This document shows, piece by piece, positions 11,501 to 20,143 of a DNA stretch of 64,000 bases. Below the pieces are notes generated by a model that was given only the letters and a program-made list of their open reading frames with translations, was not told the DNA's origin and made no database searches. A program made the translations under genes and the position numbers. Position 1 is the stretch's first letter, and each line of letters starts with the position of its first letter. This DNA comes from an uncultured Acidobacteriota bacterium (GTDB lineage Bacteria > Acidobacteriota > Thermoanaerobaculia > Multivoradales > SZUA-115): NCBI GenBank assembly GCA_963805975.1, contig CAWDVR010000005.1, positions 256,001 through 320,000 on the forward strand. Direction: 5' to 3'.

Positions 11501-14146
11501 GGCGAGGAGCGCGCGCTCGGCCGCGGCGTGGCCGGCCGGCGTTCCGCCGGGCTCGGGCAGCTCTTCCGGCCCGCGGCCGGCGTAGAGCGCGCCCAGCTCT
11601 TCGAGCATCACGGCGAGCGACCACAGGTCGGTCACGATGTGGTGCGTTGCGAGCAGCAGGAGGTGGCTGCCGCCCGGCTCGGCCAGCACCAGCACGCGCA
11701 GCAGAGGCCCGCGCTCGAGGTCGAAGGACCGCTCGGCGGCGTCGAGCAGGCACTCGGTGACCGCGCCCGGGGCGGCCTCCGCCGGAAGCTCCTCGAAGCG
11801 GACCTCCGGCGGCAGGGCCTCCCACACCACCTGCTCGGGCTCGCGGCCCGGCTCCTGGCGAAACGTGGTGCGCAGCGCCGGGTGCCGCGCCACGAGCCCG
11901 AGCACGGCGCGGGAGAGCGCCTCGCGGTCGAGCGCCCCGGAAACGTGCGCCGCACCCGAGAGGTGGTAGGCGGAGGTCGCCGGCGCCAGGCGGTCCAGGA
12001 ACCAGAGCGCCCGCTGGCCGTAGCTCACCGGATAGATGCCCGGTTCGGCCAGATACACCGCAAGCCGCGCGGCCTCCTCCGCCACGGCCACGGGCGTGTC
12101 GAGGCGAGCCAGGGCCGCCTCCACCATGTCGCCCAGCGTGGCGCCGGAGAGCAGGTCTTCGAGCGGCAGCTCGACGCCGAGGCTCGACTCCACCTGGTGG
12201 CGCACCTCGACGGCGGAGAGCGAGTCGAGGCCGGCGGTGGCGAGCACCGTGTCGGGCGCCAGATCCTCCGGCCGGGTGTGGAGCAGCCGTGCGAGCTTGG
12301 CGGCCAGGAAGTCGGTCACCAGCTTGCGCCGCGCCTCGCCACCCGCGGCGGCGAGAGCGTCGCGGGCCAGCTCCGGCTCGGCCGCGGGCGGCGGCTGGCG
12401 CGCCACGCTCGCCGCCACCACGTGCAGGCCGCCTTCGAGGTGCAGCTCGCGGCATTGGCGGCGCTGCACCTTGCCGCTGGTGGTGCGGGGCAGGGTGCCG
12501 GCGCGGATCAGCACCACCTCCGCGGCGTGGACCTCGTGCTCCTCGGCGAGCGCCCGGCGCACGGCCGCCACCACCGCCTCCGGGCTCTCGTCGCCGAGGC
12601 CCCCGGTCTCGGCCACCAGCACCAGCTCCTCGTTTCCTCCGCGCTCCACGGCGAAGGCCGCGGCGCCACCGGCGGCGAGCGCCGGGTGGCTGCGCTCGGC
12701 CGCCAGCTCCAGGTCCTGTGGGTAGACGTTCCGGCCGCGGACGATCAGCAGGTCTTTGAGCCGCCCGGTGATGAACAGCTCGCCGGAGTCGAGGAAGCCG
12801 AGGTCGCCGGTGCGCAGGAACGTGCCCGCGCCGGCATCGTCCGCGAGCCGCGCGCCGAAGGTCGCCACGGTTTGCTCCGGCTGCTGCCAGTAGCCCGCGG
12901 CCACGCTGGCGCCGGCCACCCAGATCTCGCCCACCTCTCCCGGCGGCAGGCGCAGGCCCGTCGCCGGATCGACGATCTCGACCCTCGTGCCCGCGAGCAC
13001 CGGGCCGCTGCCCACCAGGTCGCGGCTGCTGGGGTCGCCGTCGGAGACCGAATCCGCGCGGTGGGCCGCGAGGCCCCGGGCGTCGAACCGTCGCACCACC
13101 GGCGGCGTTCCCACGCCGCCGCCCGAGACCAGGAGCGTGGCCTCGGCGAGGCCGTAGCAGGGCCGGAACGCCTCGCGCCGGAAGCCGGCGGGCGCGAACG
13201 CCTCGGCGAAGCGCTCGAGGGTTCCGGCGCGCACCGGCTCGGCGCCGTTGAAGGCCACCTCCCAGCGCGAGAGGTCGAGCCGCGCCCGCTCCTCGGCCGG
13301 CACGCGCGCCACGGCCAGCTCGTAGGCGAAGTTGGGCGCGCCGCTGGTGGTGGCCTGGTAGCGGCTGATCGCCTCCAGCCAGCGCGCCGGCCGCTTGAGG
13401 AACGCCATTGGCGACATCCACACGCAGTGCGCGCCCAGGAACGGCGTGTGGAGCAGGTTCCCGATCAGCCCCATGTCATGGTAGAGCGGCAGCCAGGAGA
13501 CCAGCACCGAGCCCGCGTGGCGCTCGAAGGCGCGGCCGATCAGCTCCTGGTTGGCGAGCAGGTTGGCGTGCGTGACCATCACGCCCTTGGGCGCCGCGGT
13601 CGAGCCCGAGGTGTACTGCAGGAAGGCGAGGGCACCGGGGTCGACGGCCGGTGGCCGCCAAGTCGAAGGCGCGGTGGCCGCCGCCTCTTCGAGCGTCAGC
13701 CAGGCGATGGGAGCCAGCTCGAGGTCGCCCTCGAACCAGGCGCGCGAGCGGGCGAGCACGGCGGCGCTCGCGAGCCCCAGGGCCGGCCGGCAGTCCTCCA
13801 CCATCGCGGCGAGGCGCGGCAGGGCGCGGCGCGAGCGCGGCGGGTAGGCGGGCACGGCGACCGCGCCGCAATAGAGACAGGCGAAAAAGGCCACGGCCAG
13901 CTCGAGGCCGGGCGGGAACAGCAGCAGCACCCTCTCGCCGGGTGCGACCCGGCCTCCCAGCTCCGCCGCCAGGGCGCGCGCGCGTGCCGCCAGCTCGGCA
14001 TAGCTCAGCCGGTCGGACTCGACCTCACCGTCCAGCAGGAAGGTATAGACCGGCTTCTCGGGCCGCTCGGCGGCCCGGCGGTCGAGGATCTCGGCCAGGG
14101 TGCTTGCCGAGGGGTGTGGGGTGTAAGTGGGAGCGGTCCCTGCCAA
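5522..14146 (-). CDS. NRPS initiation part: FAAL-ACP-C-A(Ala)-T-C-A(Leu)
   Basis: Motifs: FAAL (LQYTSGST, SWLPLYHDMGLIG, CYGLAEATL, PRTTSGKVQR), ACP GLDSL, C HHIVTDLWS, A1 code DLFNNALTYK (Ala-type), T GGHSI, C HHIVADGWS, A2 code DAWFLGHVVK (Leu-type). TTG start. Internal compensating frameshifts at ~6900-7145. Confidence 0.95.
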   Translation of the reverse strand: MAGTAPTYTPHPSASTLAEILDRRAAERPEKPVYTFLLDGEVESDRLSYAELAARARALAAELGGRVAPGERVLLLFPPGLELAVAFFACLYCGAVAVPAYPPRSRRALPRLAAMVEDCRPALGLASAAVLARSRAWFEGDLELAPIAWLTLEEAAATAPSTWRPPAVDPGALAFLQYTSGSTAAPKGVMVTHANLLANQELIGRAFERHAGSVLVSWLPLYHDMGLIGNLLHTPFLGAHCVWMSPMAFLKRPARWLEAISRYQATTSGAPNFAYELAVARVPAEERARLDLSRWEVAFNGAEPVRAGTLERFAEAFAPAGFRREAFRPCYGLAEATLLVSGGGVGTPPVVRRFDARGLAAHRADSVSDGDPSSRDLVGSGPVLAGTRVEIVDPATGLRLPPGEVGEIWVAGASVAAGYWQQPEQTVATFGARLADDAGAGTFLRTGDLGFLDSGELFITGRLKDLLIVRGRNVYPQDLELAAERSHPALAAGGAAAFAVERGGNEELVLVAETGGLGDESPEAVVAAVRRALAEEHEVHAAEVVLIRAGTLPRTTSGKVQRRQCRELHLEGGLHVVAASVARQPPPAAEPELARDALAAAGGEARRKLVTDFLAAKLARLLHTRPEDLAPDTVLATAGLDSLSAVEVRHQVESSLGVELPLEDLLSGATLGDMVEAALARLDTPVAVAEEAARLAVYLAEPGIYPVSYGQRALWFLDRLAPATSAYHLSGAAHVSGALDREALSRAVLGLVARHPALRTTFRQEPGREPEQVVWEALPPEVRFEELPAEAAPGAVTECLLDAAERSFDLERGPLLRVLVLAEPGGSHLLLLATHHIVTDLWSLAVMLEELGALYAGRGPEELPEPGGTPAGHAAAERALLAGARGAELWEHWRRELGGEREPLALPTDRPRPPAQSFRGAAVSRALAAPLAARLQALARERGTTLFVSLAAALQALLGRWSGQRELAVGVPTSGRASADLAGAVGYFVNPVVLAADLGGNPTAGEWIERVRTRAATAFAHQDAPFPWLAERLAPVRDPSRSPLFDVLFALERAPRHEASGIGLFALGEAGGRMALGDLTLESLPLPQRSAQFDLAWMVAEAGETLASRLIFNTDLFDRATAERFAAQLEALLLALAEAPDRPLASLALLASADRHQLLCEWNDTAREPSAGTLHGLIEAQAQRTPERIAVSWSGEQWSYAGLDARASRLAARLRSLGIAPETPVGVLLERSATLPAALLAVLKAGGAYVPLDPNYPAERLTFLVEDSGLTTVIAEPEHAEKLPPASFRLLSPSSVGGSTGHSDESTPVAWRVAPHGGPREDRSASEDRSGESCGDRTRQEQPTPGHASALLSGTSLDTAASTASTASTISAANLAYLIYTSGSTGRPKGIAIEHRSAVALVAWATEAFTPAELAGVAASTSVNFDLSVFELFVPLALGGTVIGAQNGLAVAELSEAAALTLVNTVPSVAERLAEGWLPAGLRTVNLAGEPLKPELAARLHRHPQVERLLNLYGPSEDTTYSTFTAVDRGARRVTIGRPVSGSAAYLLDRRLAPVPLGVPAELCLAGDGLARGYLGRPALTAEKWVPDPFSGRGGRLYATGDLARLLPSGEIDFLGRIDHQIKLRGFRIELGEIEARLVEQPGVRAATVLLRQDLATGPALVAYLEAEREPLTLTLSPRAGRGDRSPGLPGGAEAGSLPASSLREDAEPGSPPAPSPRGSGERAGVRGSELRDALRERLPEPMVPSFFVVLAALPLTPNGKVDRRALARLPAPQPEGEAGGGAHEPPRGSVEEAVAAAWADLLGLAEVGRHQSFFELGGHSILATQVISRLRHAFGVELPVRALFERPTVAGLAETLEAALARHGRTATAPVRPLADRGALPLSAGQERLWFLEQWQPGTAAYNMPVAARLRGRLDIAALAEALAAIAARHEGLRASFAAGDGAPVLSIAPPSPARLPVVDLAGLGAPAREAAAQKLGRSEAARPFDLERGPLFRAAALRLGEGEHFLLLALHHIVADGWSIGVLLAELGALYRARLAGEAAELPPLPVQYADYAAWQRRQIAGEALAAGLAFWRERLAGAPEKLELPLDRPRPAVPSLAGGQVRFRLPAELRARLATVGSEAGSTPFMTVLAGFATLLHRVTGQRDLVLGAPVAQRPDPALEGLIGFFVGNLVLRVDLAGDPGFRALLARCRATVLEAQAHEIPFEHLVEALNPGRGGGHAPLFQVALAWQAQPLAMALPGLAVEPLPMHSGTAKLDLALSFLDLGDGGATAAPGGLWADLEYASDLFDRTSAERLAAQLIRLLDAVAREPERPLSTLPLLSAAEAHQLGHEWGRRRGTAFRPYPGQPDLPPQPESTRPGPSLRSGRQGSLASRRRGAGARGCGLRRRAPELRRAAGPGVGCSQRGSRRSAWRPEGVVALLAPRSAELVVGMLAALEAGASFLPLDPGHPPERLAAVVQDAGAAVLLTGQGQPAGWSPAVLVLTLEPLTLTLSPQAGRGDREESFEMGGVRNGVRGSFSADARAYVIYTSGSTGRPKGVEVRHRGLANLVAWHLATYGLTAEDRTSLVASPAFDASVWEVFPALAAGSRLEIPDEDVRADPARLAPWLVERRITLSFQPTPVAELLAARHWPSETVLRALLTGGDRLQAAPAAALPFRLLNHYGPTEVTVVTTAGEVAPRPAAAVSKAPSIGRPIAGLSLLVVDRSFAPLPVGVPGELLIGGAGLARGYLGRPALTAQSFVPDPRGAEPGARLYRSGDLVRWAAAGEIDFLGRIDTQVKVRGFRIEPGEIEAALAALPAVAQAAVLARDAPGGGKALVAYVVLHESVAQADAAETLRDALAARLPSYMVPSRFVVLACPAADAERQGGPACTA
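6646..6685. repeat. REP-like palindrome family A, in-frame in NRPS A2
   Basis: CCCCTCTCCCCGC-CT-GCGGGGAGAGGG-TTAGGGTGAGGGG, encoding PLTLTLSPQAGRG. Confidence 0.9.
7041..7067. repeat. REP-like element family B in the NRPS C-A2 junction
   Basis: TGTCGTCCTGAGCGCAGCGAAGGACCT; near-copy TGTCATCCCGAGCGCAGCGAAGGATCT at intergenic 55561-55587. Confidence 0.85.
8964..9136. repeat. Inverted doublet of REP-like family A, in-frame in NRPS A1 C-terminal subdomain
   Basis: 8964-9005 and 9097-9136 are oppositely oriented copies, encoding PLTLTLSPRAGRG...PSPRGSGERAGVRG. Confidence 0.9.
10120..10222. repeat. Imperfect palindromic element (family C), in-frame in NRPS A1
   Basis: Arms TGGCGGGT..CGCCGCA..CCCCGC and GCGGGG..TGCGGCG..ACCCGCCA enclose a 15-bp direct repeat CGCTGCGGTCCTCGC (10156-10170, 10174-10188). 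Confidence 0.75.
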
Positions 14147-14478
14147 CGGTCAGCCCGGCCTTGCGCCGCGGCCAGACACGGCGGCGGCGATGTCCCCCCT
14201 AATGTGCGGAAGGCCGGGGCTTCTAGGACAGCGCAGGCAACCTCTTGGAGATGCAGATGCGTCTGGGCTGGTGGTGGGGTCGGGCGGGTCAGAGCGGGGC
14301 CGGGGAGGCCGGGCCCCCCGGTCCGGCAGATCTCGCGTTGTCCAGCGAAGACAACCCCACGGCGACCTTTGGTGTTGAGCGTAAAATGCGTCCAGCCGCA
14401 ATCAAGATGGAAGATTGACTGTCCGGCGAGGCGGGCGCAACGGCCGGCCTCGTCCGTCCAATGGGAGGAGTCGCGACG

Positions 14479-15057
14479 ATGTTTCGCTACGACGGATTGG
14501 TGGTCCTGGCCGGCGTGCTCGGCTATCTGGTATCGATCGGCGCCAGCACTGTGCTGGTGCTGTTGTTCTTCGACCTCAACAGGCGGCTGCTGCCCGGTGG
14601 CAAGGTCACGAAGCTCTTCACCGGCGAATCAGCGGGCCAGTCGACGGCACCTGCCATCGCCCTGGGGGCCGCCACGCTCTGTCAAGCCTACCTCCTGCGG
14701 CACGCCGTCTTCGTGGTCATGGCGCTGGTCCAGGACTTTCTCGTCGCCTACGGGGACCATCTGTCCGTCACGAGCTTCCCCTTCGGGCCGTTCTTGAAGC
14801 TGGTCGTACTGGCGCTCGGCCTGCTGTTCCTCCTCTGCCTGCTCGCTCTGGCGTCGATCTTGATCGCGGGCAAGTTCTTCGACTGGATGACACGCGGGAT
14901 CGAGGAGCTCCACGAGATCGCGAACGGCAACGTTCCAGTCGCCATCCTCTTCGCATTCGTCCTCTTCGCGGTGACGGCCATCCTCAACGAAGGGATTGAA
15001 GACGTTGCGCGCGCGCTCGTCCCGTACAGCCGGTCCGGGGTGGTGAGTGTGCCATGA
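14479..15057 (+). CDS. Multi-pass membrane protein, DUF350-like
   Basis: GGAGG RBS before the ATG; about 4 hydrophobic helices; C-terminal EELHEIANGNVPVAI resembles the DUF350 motif. Confidence 0.7.
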   Translation: MFRYDGLVVLAGVLGYLVSIGASTVLVLLFFDLNRRLLPGGKVTKLFTGESAGQSTAPAIALGAATLCQAYLLRHAVFVVMALVQDFLVAYGDHLSVTSFPFGPFLKLVVLALGLLFLLCLLALASILIAGKFFDWMTRGIEELHEIANGNVPVAILFAFVLFAVTAILNEGIEDVARALVPYSRSGVVSVP

Positions 15058-16232
15058 GGCCTTCTTCTGTGGAGTGGTGTAGCGCCCTCGGCGCGATCGC
15101 CGTCGGTCTCTGGGGAATCCTCCAAGTTGGAGGGGCACGCGCCACCCCCGTGGATCTCGGCGCGGCTGTGGGCGACCAACCTGCCGGCGTCCACAAAGTT
15201 CACTTCAAGTACGAAGACATCAGGCAGGATCCGCACGAGATCACCTGCGAGCTGAAGGAGGAGGCCGAGGACGATTTCGGATACTCGCTCGATCCTCAGG
15301 CGAACCTGCGCGAGCTGGATGACATGCTGCGCGCAAGGATCACTGCATTGGTAGGCGACCTTGCAGAACATCTTGAGCACAAGGTGTCGCACGACACCCC
15401 CGACTCGCCAGGACGAGAGTGTGCAATCGACTGGAAATACAGGCTTGGCGGCGATTGGGAGAAGTTCTATGCCCGGGTGCCAGCCGACGATCGGGGGCGT
15501 GCCTTGGCCCTCCGGCAGGCGCTCGAGGGGGAAGCGCTGAAGACGATAGGAAGCGAGGCCCTGAGTGCCTTCCTTCGCGAACGTGGATTCGAGAGCCGGC
15601 CATGTAAGCGCAACCCCAAACTTCGGGAGCTCTTCCCTGCCTATAAGCCCTTGGCAGAAAAGGGGAGGAAGGAGCTAGCGAACTGCTATCGAGAGCTGGT
15701 GAGAGAAGCGAAACTCGCCGACGAGGAAGACCAAAGGAAAATCCTCAACCATCTTCTTGCGATTATCATCAATATGCCCGAGGTGTTACCGCCCACACCA
15801 GAAAATGGGCGCTGTCAGGCGGGCTTCTGGGTTCCCACCAAGGTCATCCGCCGCGGCAGTGGCGACTGCGAGTCGAAGGCGACTGCGCTCTTCGCCCTGT
15901 GGCAACAGCCCGACCGGCAGGTAGCCCTGGTCGCCCGACCCGGGGCCGGTTCTCAATGCTTCGCTGACGAGATCAACGAGATCAGACTGCCGGCGGAGGG
16001 GCACATGTTTCTGGCGATCGAGCACAAGGCGGGGGAAAGACTTCCCGAGACGTACTGTCAGATCGGATTGCGCCAGTACGTTCTGCACGAGATGTTGTCA
16101 GGCAAGGTGGAGCCAAACCCGCCCTGTACTAACAATGATTACCACCTGGTAAGAGATCCCTGGTTCTCCTACTGCATGACCGACGACTGTGAAGGCCCTC
16201 AGCGCCCCATCACTCTTGGCGCAGCACCGTGA
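15054..16232 (+). CDS. Hypothetical exported protein with a transglutaminase-like Cys/His motif
   Basis: ATGA overlap with the upstream gene; N-terminal hydrophobic segment; GSGDCESKA and downstream GHMFLAI; visibly less GC-rich than its neighbours. Confidence 0.6.
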   Translation: MRPSSVEWCSALGAIAVGLWGILQVGGARATPVDLGAAVGDQPAGVHKVHFKYEDIRQDPHEITCELKEEAEDDFGYSLDPQANLRELDDMLRARITALVGDLAEHLEHKVSHDTPDSPGRECAIDWKYRLGGDWEKFYARVPADDRGRALALRQALEGEALKTIGSEALSAFLRERGFESRPCKRNPKLRELFPAYKPLAEKGRKELANCYRELVREAKLADEEDQRKILNHLLAIIINMPEVLPPTPENGRCQAGFWVPTKVIRRGSGDCESKATALFALWQQPDRQVALVARPGAGSQCFADEINEIRLPAEGHMFLAIEHKAGERLPETYCQIGLRQYVLHEMLSGKVEPNPPCTNNDYHLVRDPWFSYCMTDDCEGPQRPITLGAAP

Positions 16233-18603
16233 TGGGATCGACCCGCGTCGCCCGCAGCGCCGGTACGTAGCTCGCGGCCAGGCCCACCGCCAGGAGCAGC
16301 AGGGCCACGCCGATGAAGGTGAGGGGATCGAAGGGCTGGACGCCGAAGAGGAAGAAGGCGAGGGCGCGGGTGAGGCCGAAGGCGAGCACCAGCCCAATGC
16401 CGACGCCGAGGCCGGTCAGGCGGGCGCCTTCGCCCAGCACCAGGCGCAGGACGCCGCGGCGGTCGGCGCCGATCGCCATGCGGATGCCGATCTCGCGGCG
16501 GCGCTGGGCCACGGAGTAGGCCATCACGCCGTAGACCCCGATCACCGCCAGGATGAAGGCCATGGCGGAGACCATGCCGAGGATCTTCATCATCGCCCGC
16601 TGGCCGCCCAGCCAGCCGCCGAGCACCTCGTCCATGGTCAGCACCTCGTGGATGGCCTGGTCGGCGTCGAGGCGCGCCACCTCGCGGCGCACGGGGTTGA
16701 CCAGCGAGGCCGGGTCGCCCTGGGTGCGAATGGTGAAGGTGGGGTTCCGGAGCGCGGCCTGGAAGAGGGGCGCCAGGACCGTGGGCTGCGGCGCGTTCTC
16801 GGGACCGAAGTCGCGCACGTCCCGCGCCACGCCCACCACCTCGTGCAGCACGCCGTCGAGCCCCACCCGCTGGCCGATGGCGCTCTGGTCCGGCCAGTGA
16901 CGGGCGGCGAAGGACTGGTTGACGAGCGCCACCGGCGGGCTGTCGACGGCGTCCTCCCAGCCGATCTCGCGGCCCGCCGCCAGCTCCATGCGCAGGGCCG
17001 CGAAGTAGCCGGGCGCCACGCGCTTCACCGCCACGGTGGGCGGCGCGTCGGACGAGGCCAGGTCCTGGCCGGGGACCGAGTAGGCCACGGTCTCGCTGCC
17101 CCGCGTGGGCACGTGGGAGGTGGCCCCCGCCACCTCCACGCCGGGGAGCGCCGCCAGGCGCTCGAGGAGCTGGCGCTCGAAGAGGCGAACCGCGCCGTCG
17201 TCGGCGTACTTGGGCTCGGGCAGCGTCACCTGGAAGGTGAGGACGCCTTTCGTCTCGTAGCCGGTCTTGGCGCCGGCCAGGCGCAGATAGGACTGGATCA
17301 AGAGCCCGGCACCGATCAGCAGCACCAGCGAGAGGCAGACCTCGGCGGTGGCGAGCGTCCTGCGCAGCCGGCCGCCCTTGCCCGCGGTGCCGGTGCGCCC
17401 GCCTTCGCGCAGCGACTGGGCGAGGTTCGGCCGCGAGCTGCGCAGCGCCGGCGCCAAACCGGCGGCGAGCGCGGCGACCACCACCACGAGGAGGGTGAAG
17501 AGAAGGGGCCGCGGGCCGAGCCGCAGGTGCTCGCTCTCCGGCCAGCCGGGGGGCAGGAGGGCGGCGAACCAGCGCACGCCGCCCAGCGAGAGCAGGATGC
17601 CGAGGAAACCGCCGCCCAGCGCCAGGAGCAGGCTCTCGGCGAGCTGGCGGCCGACGATGGTGGCACGGCTCGCGCCGAGCGCTCCCTCGAGGGCGATCTC
17701 CCGCCCGCGGCCCAGGGCGCGGATCAGCAGCAGGTTGGCGACGTTGGCGCAGGCGATCAACAGCACGAGGAGGGCGGCGGCGCCGGAGATCAGGCTCGCC
17801 TGGCGGAACTCCTCGTCGAACCAGTACTGCTGGAGGAGGATGAGCGAAACGCCGTTGCCGGCGCTGGTGTCCGGGTGGGCGGCGGCGACCCGGCGGCCGA
17901 TCGAGTCCATCTCGGCGCGCGCCTCGGCCAGGGACCGGCCGTCCTGCAAGCGGCCCAGCAGGTAGAAGGCCCGCAGGTCGCGAGGCTCCTCGCCGGTGGT
18001 CACGATCGGCACGAAGACGTCCACGAAGCCCTCGCCGAAGCGGAAGCTCGGCGGCAGCACCCCGACCACCGTGTGCGGCACGCCGTCGAGCGACAGGCTC
18101 TGGCCCACCGCCGCCGGGTTGCCGCCGTAACGCCGCTTCCAGGCGCGGTCGGAGAGCAGCACCACCGGCGCGCCGCCCAGCCGGCCGTCCTCGGGCAGGA
18201 AGTCGCGGCCGAGCGCCGGCCGCACGCGCAGCAGGTCGAAGAAGCCGGGGCCCACCCGCAGGGCGTCCACCCGCTCCGGCAGGTCGCCGCCGGAGACGTT
18301 GAAGCCGGCGAGCTGGTAGGGCGCGAGCTCCAGGGTCGCGCTCTCGGCCTGCCAGTCGCGCAGGTCGGGCATCGAGCTCCGGGTGCGCCGGCCGCCGCGC
18401 TGGGCGTTGAGCGTGGTGACGAAGAGCAGGTCGTCGCCCTTCTCGAACGAGATCGGTCGGATCATGAAGACGTCGATGGCCGAGAAGATGGTGGTCGCCG
18501 CGCCGATACCGAGCGCGAACGACAACAGCGCCACCACCGTCGGCCCGGGATTGCCGCGCAGCGAGCGCAACGCCACGGCGAGATTGCGGCCCAGGTTGCT
18601 CAT
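16210..18603 (-). CDS. Duplicated MacB/FtsX-type ABC permease (acidobacterial ADOP-like)
   Basis: 797 aa with two periplasmic+TM repeats; LLIACANVANLLL, GVYGVMAYSVAQRRREIGIRMAIGA, PALRATRVDP. Confidence 0.92.
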   Translation of the reverse strand: MSNLGRNLAVALRSLRGNPGPTVVALLSFALGIGAATTIFSAIDVFMIRPISFEKGDDLLFVTTLNAQRGGRRTRSSMPDLRDWQAESATLELAPYQLAGFNVSGGDLPERVDALRVGPGFFDLLRVRPALGRDFLPEDGRLGGAPVVLLSDRAWKRRYGGNPAAVGQSLSLDGVPHTVVGVLPPSFRFGEGFVDVFVPIVTTGEEPRDLRAFYLLGRLQDGRSLAEARAEMDSIGRRVAAAHPDTSAGNGVSLILLQQYWFDEEFRQASLISGAAALLVLLIACANVANLLLIRALGRGREIALEGALGASRATIVGRQLAESLLLALGGGFLGILLSLGGVRWFAALLPPGWPESEHLRLGPRPLLFTLLVVVVAALAAGLAPALRSSRPNLAQSLREGGRTGTAGKGGRLRRTLATAEVCLSLVLLIGAGLLIQSYLRLAGAKTGYETKGVLTFQVTLPEPKYADDGAVRLFERQLLERLAALPGVEVAGATSHVPTRGSETVAYSVPGQDLASSDAPPTVAVKRVAPGYFAALRMELAAGREIGWEDAVDSPPVALVNQSFAARHWPDQSAIGQRVGLDGVLHEVVGVARDVRDFGPENAPQPTVLAPLFQAALRNPTFTIRTQGDPASLVNPVRREVARLDADQAIHEVLTMDEVLGGWLGGQRAMMKILGMVSAMAFILAVIGVYGVMAYSVAQRRREIGIRMAIGADRRGVLRLVLGEGARLTGLGVGIGLVLAFGLTRALAFFLFGVQPFDPLTFIGVALLLLAVGLAASYVPALRATRVDPITVLRQE

Positions 18604-18671
18604 CGACGGGCGAAGCCCTCAGCGAACCGAAACAGCGGGTGAGAAAGCCGCGAGCGGCTCAGATGCCTCTC

Positions 18672-19913
18672 TCAAGCAGCGGAGATTTCCACGCGATAGC
18701 GGTCCAGGTTGTCCATGTGGCAGTTCGGCCGCTCGACCGTCCGGTGCACGATGGTCTCGAACACGCCCGAGGCGCTGGGGTACATCACCGGCTCGAGCAG
18801 CTCGCTCTCGTCGCGGATCACGCCGTTGTTCTTGGCGATCTCGAAGAGCGGCGCCTCCGGGTAGACCCGCACCCGCGGCGTCACGTCCACGTCCTTGAAC
18901 GGGATGGTGTCGAGGGTGCGGAAGGTCTCGTTGACGGTCTCCGGCGTCTCGCAGGGATGGCCGAAGAGCAGGCTGCACGCCACCTCCATGCCCAGCTCGT
19001 GGCAGAGCTCGACGGCGCGCCGCACGTCCGCCACGGTGAAGCCCTTGCGCAGCTCGAGCAGCACCTTGTCGCACAGGCTGTCGACCCCGAAGTAGACCAG
19101 CTTGCGACCGAAGGGCGGCAGCAGCTCGGCGAACTCACGGGTGAAAGCGGCCTTGTGCGGGTTGATGAAGCCGTCCCAGTCGACATCGGTCATCCCCGCC
19201 TCGAGCATGGCGCGCAGGAGCTTGTTCGCCGACTTGACCGGGATGTTGAACACCGCGTCGCAGAAGAACACCTTCTTGATGCCTTGCGCGCGCAGGTTGG
19301 CGACCTCGTCGAGCACTTCCTCGGTCGGCCGCTGCACCACGTGGTGGCCGTCGACGCCGGGGTAGTCGCAGTACTGGCAACTGAATGGGCAGCCGAACTT
19401 GGTGGCGACGCCGATCTTGTCGCCCTTGTCCAGATAAAAAGTCTTGTCCATCACGTTGCGCTGGAAGCGGCCGTTGACGTACTGCGAGAAGTCGCGGATC
19501 ACCGGCGGCGGCTCCTCGCCGGCGGCGAGCATGGCGAGGAGCTTGTCCACCGCGCCGAAGCCCTTCGAGGCCAGGGCGTGGTCCACCCCGAGGTAGGCGC
19601 GGGTCGGCTCCGGCACCAGGTTGACGCCGCTGCCGGCGACCGCGATGCGGCCGGGATGGTACTGGCGGATCTCGCGGATCACCTCGCGGGTGCGCTGCAG
19701 CTCGAAGACCGAGTTGGCCGAGCCGCTGTCCAGGTTGCGGACGGCGATCAGGAGCAGGTCGTGGCCGGGGACGACCGAGAGGTCCCGGGACACGTTCATG
19801 TCCAGCACCGTGCAGTCCCAGCCCTCGTTGAGGAGGTGCTCGGCGGTGTACTCGAGGCCTACCGGGAAGACCGGGGGGTCGAGCACGTTGGGATTGAGCA
19901 GCAGGATTCTCAT
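18672..19913 (-). CDS. B12-binding/radical SAM enzyme (putative methyltransferase, TsrM-like N-terminus)
   Basis: CPFSCQYC cluster motif; N-terminal LLNPN..PP.FP.GL and IAVRNLD segments typical of cobalamin-binding radical SAM proteins. Start placed at MRILLLNPN. Confidence 0.85.
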   Translation of the reverse strand: MRILLLNPNVLDPPVFPVGLEYTAEHLLNEGWDCTVLDMNVSRDLSVVPGHDLLLIAVRNLDSGSANSVFELQRTREVIREIRQYHPGRIAVAGSGVNLVPEPTRAYLGVDHALASKGFGAVDKLLAMLAAGEEPPPVIRDFSQYVNGRFQRNVMDKTFYLDKGDKIGVATKFGCPFSCQYCDYPGVDGHHVVQRPTEEVLDEVANLRAQGIKKVFFCDAVFNIPVKSANKLLRAMLEAGMTDVDWDGFINPHKAAFTREFAELLPPFGRKLVYFGVDSLCDKVLLELRKGFTVADVRRAVELCHELGMEVACSLLFGHPCETPETVNETFRTLDTIPFKDVDVTPRVRVYPEAPLFEIAKNNGVIRDESELLEPVMYPSASGVFETIVHRTVERPNCHMDNLDRYRVEISAA

Positions 19914-20143
19914 CGGTTCTCCGTTCCTCGCGGGCGCAGTGCCTCGAGCATTCGTACACAGAGTGCTGAGATGACGCGAGGTGTGACGGAATACCCGGAA
20001 CTGCCTCGCCGGGAGGCGATCCGGCCACGGCGGTGGAGCATACATCGGACAAAAGCGGCCATCCCATCCATTTCCTTGGTTTCCGTGTCACGATCGGCCC
20101 GTCTCACTGCATGAAGAGGCGTCAAAGCGCCTTTCCTTCCGTC

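Noticed and set aside
14150-14460. Riboswitch or sRNA in the divergent intergenic region upstream of the NRPS
   Set aside because: Only G/C-rich imperfect stems and a possible TAAAAT -10 box; no recognisable RNA family motif (including cobalamin riboswitch) could be supported.
415-14797. Very long plus-strand and alternative-frame ORFs over the NRPS (e.g. 1672..4890, 10622..14797, 8727..13421)
   Set aside because: Shadow ORFs caused by high GC3 codon bias; no recognisable motifs, while the NRPS frame explains the sequence.
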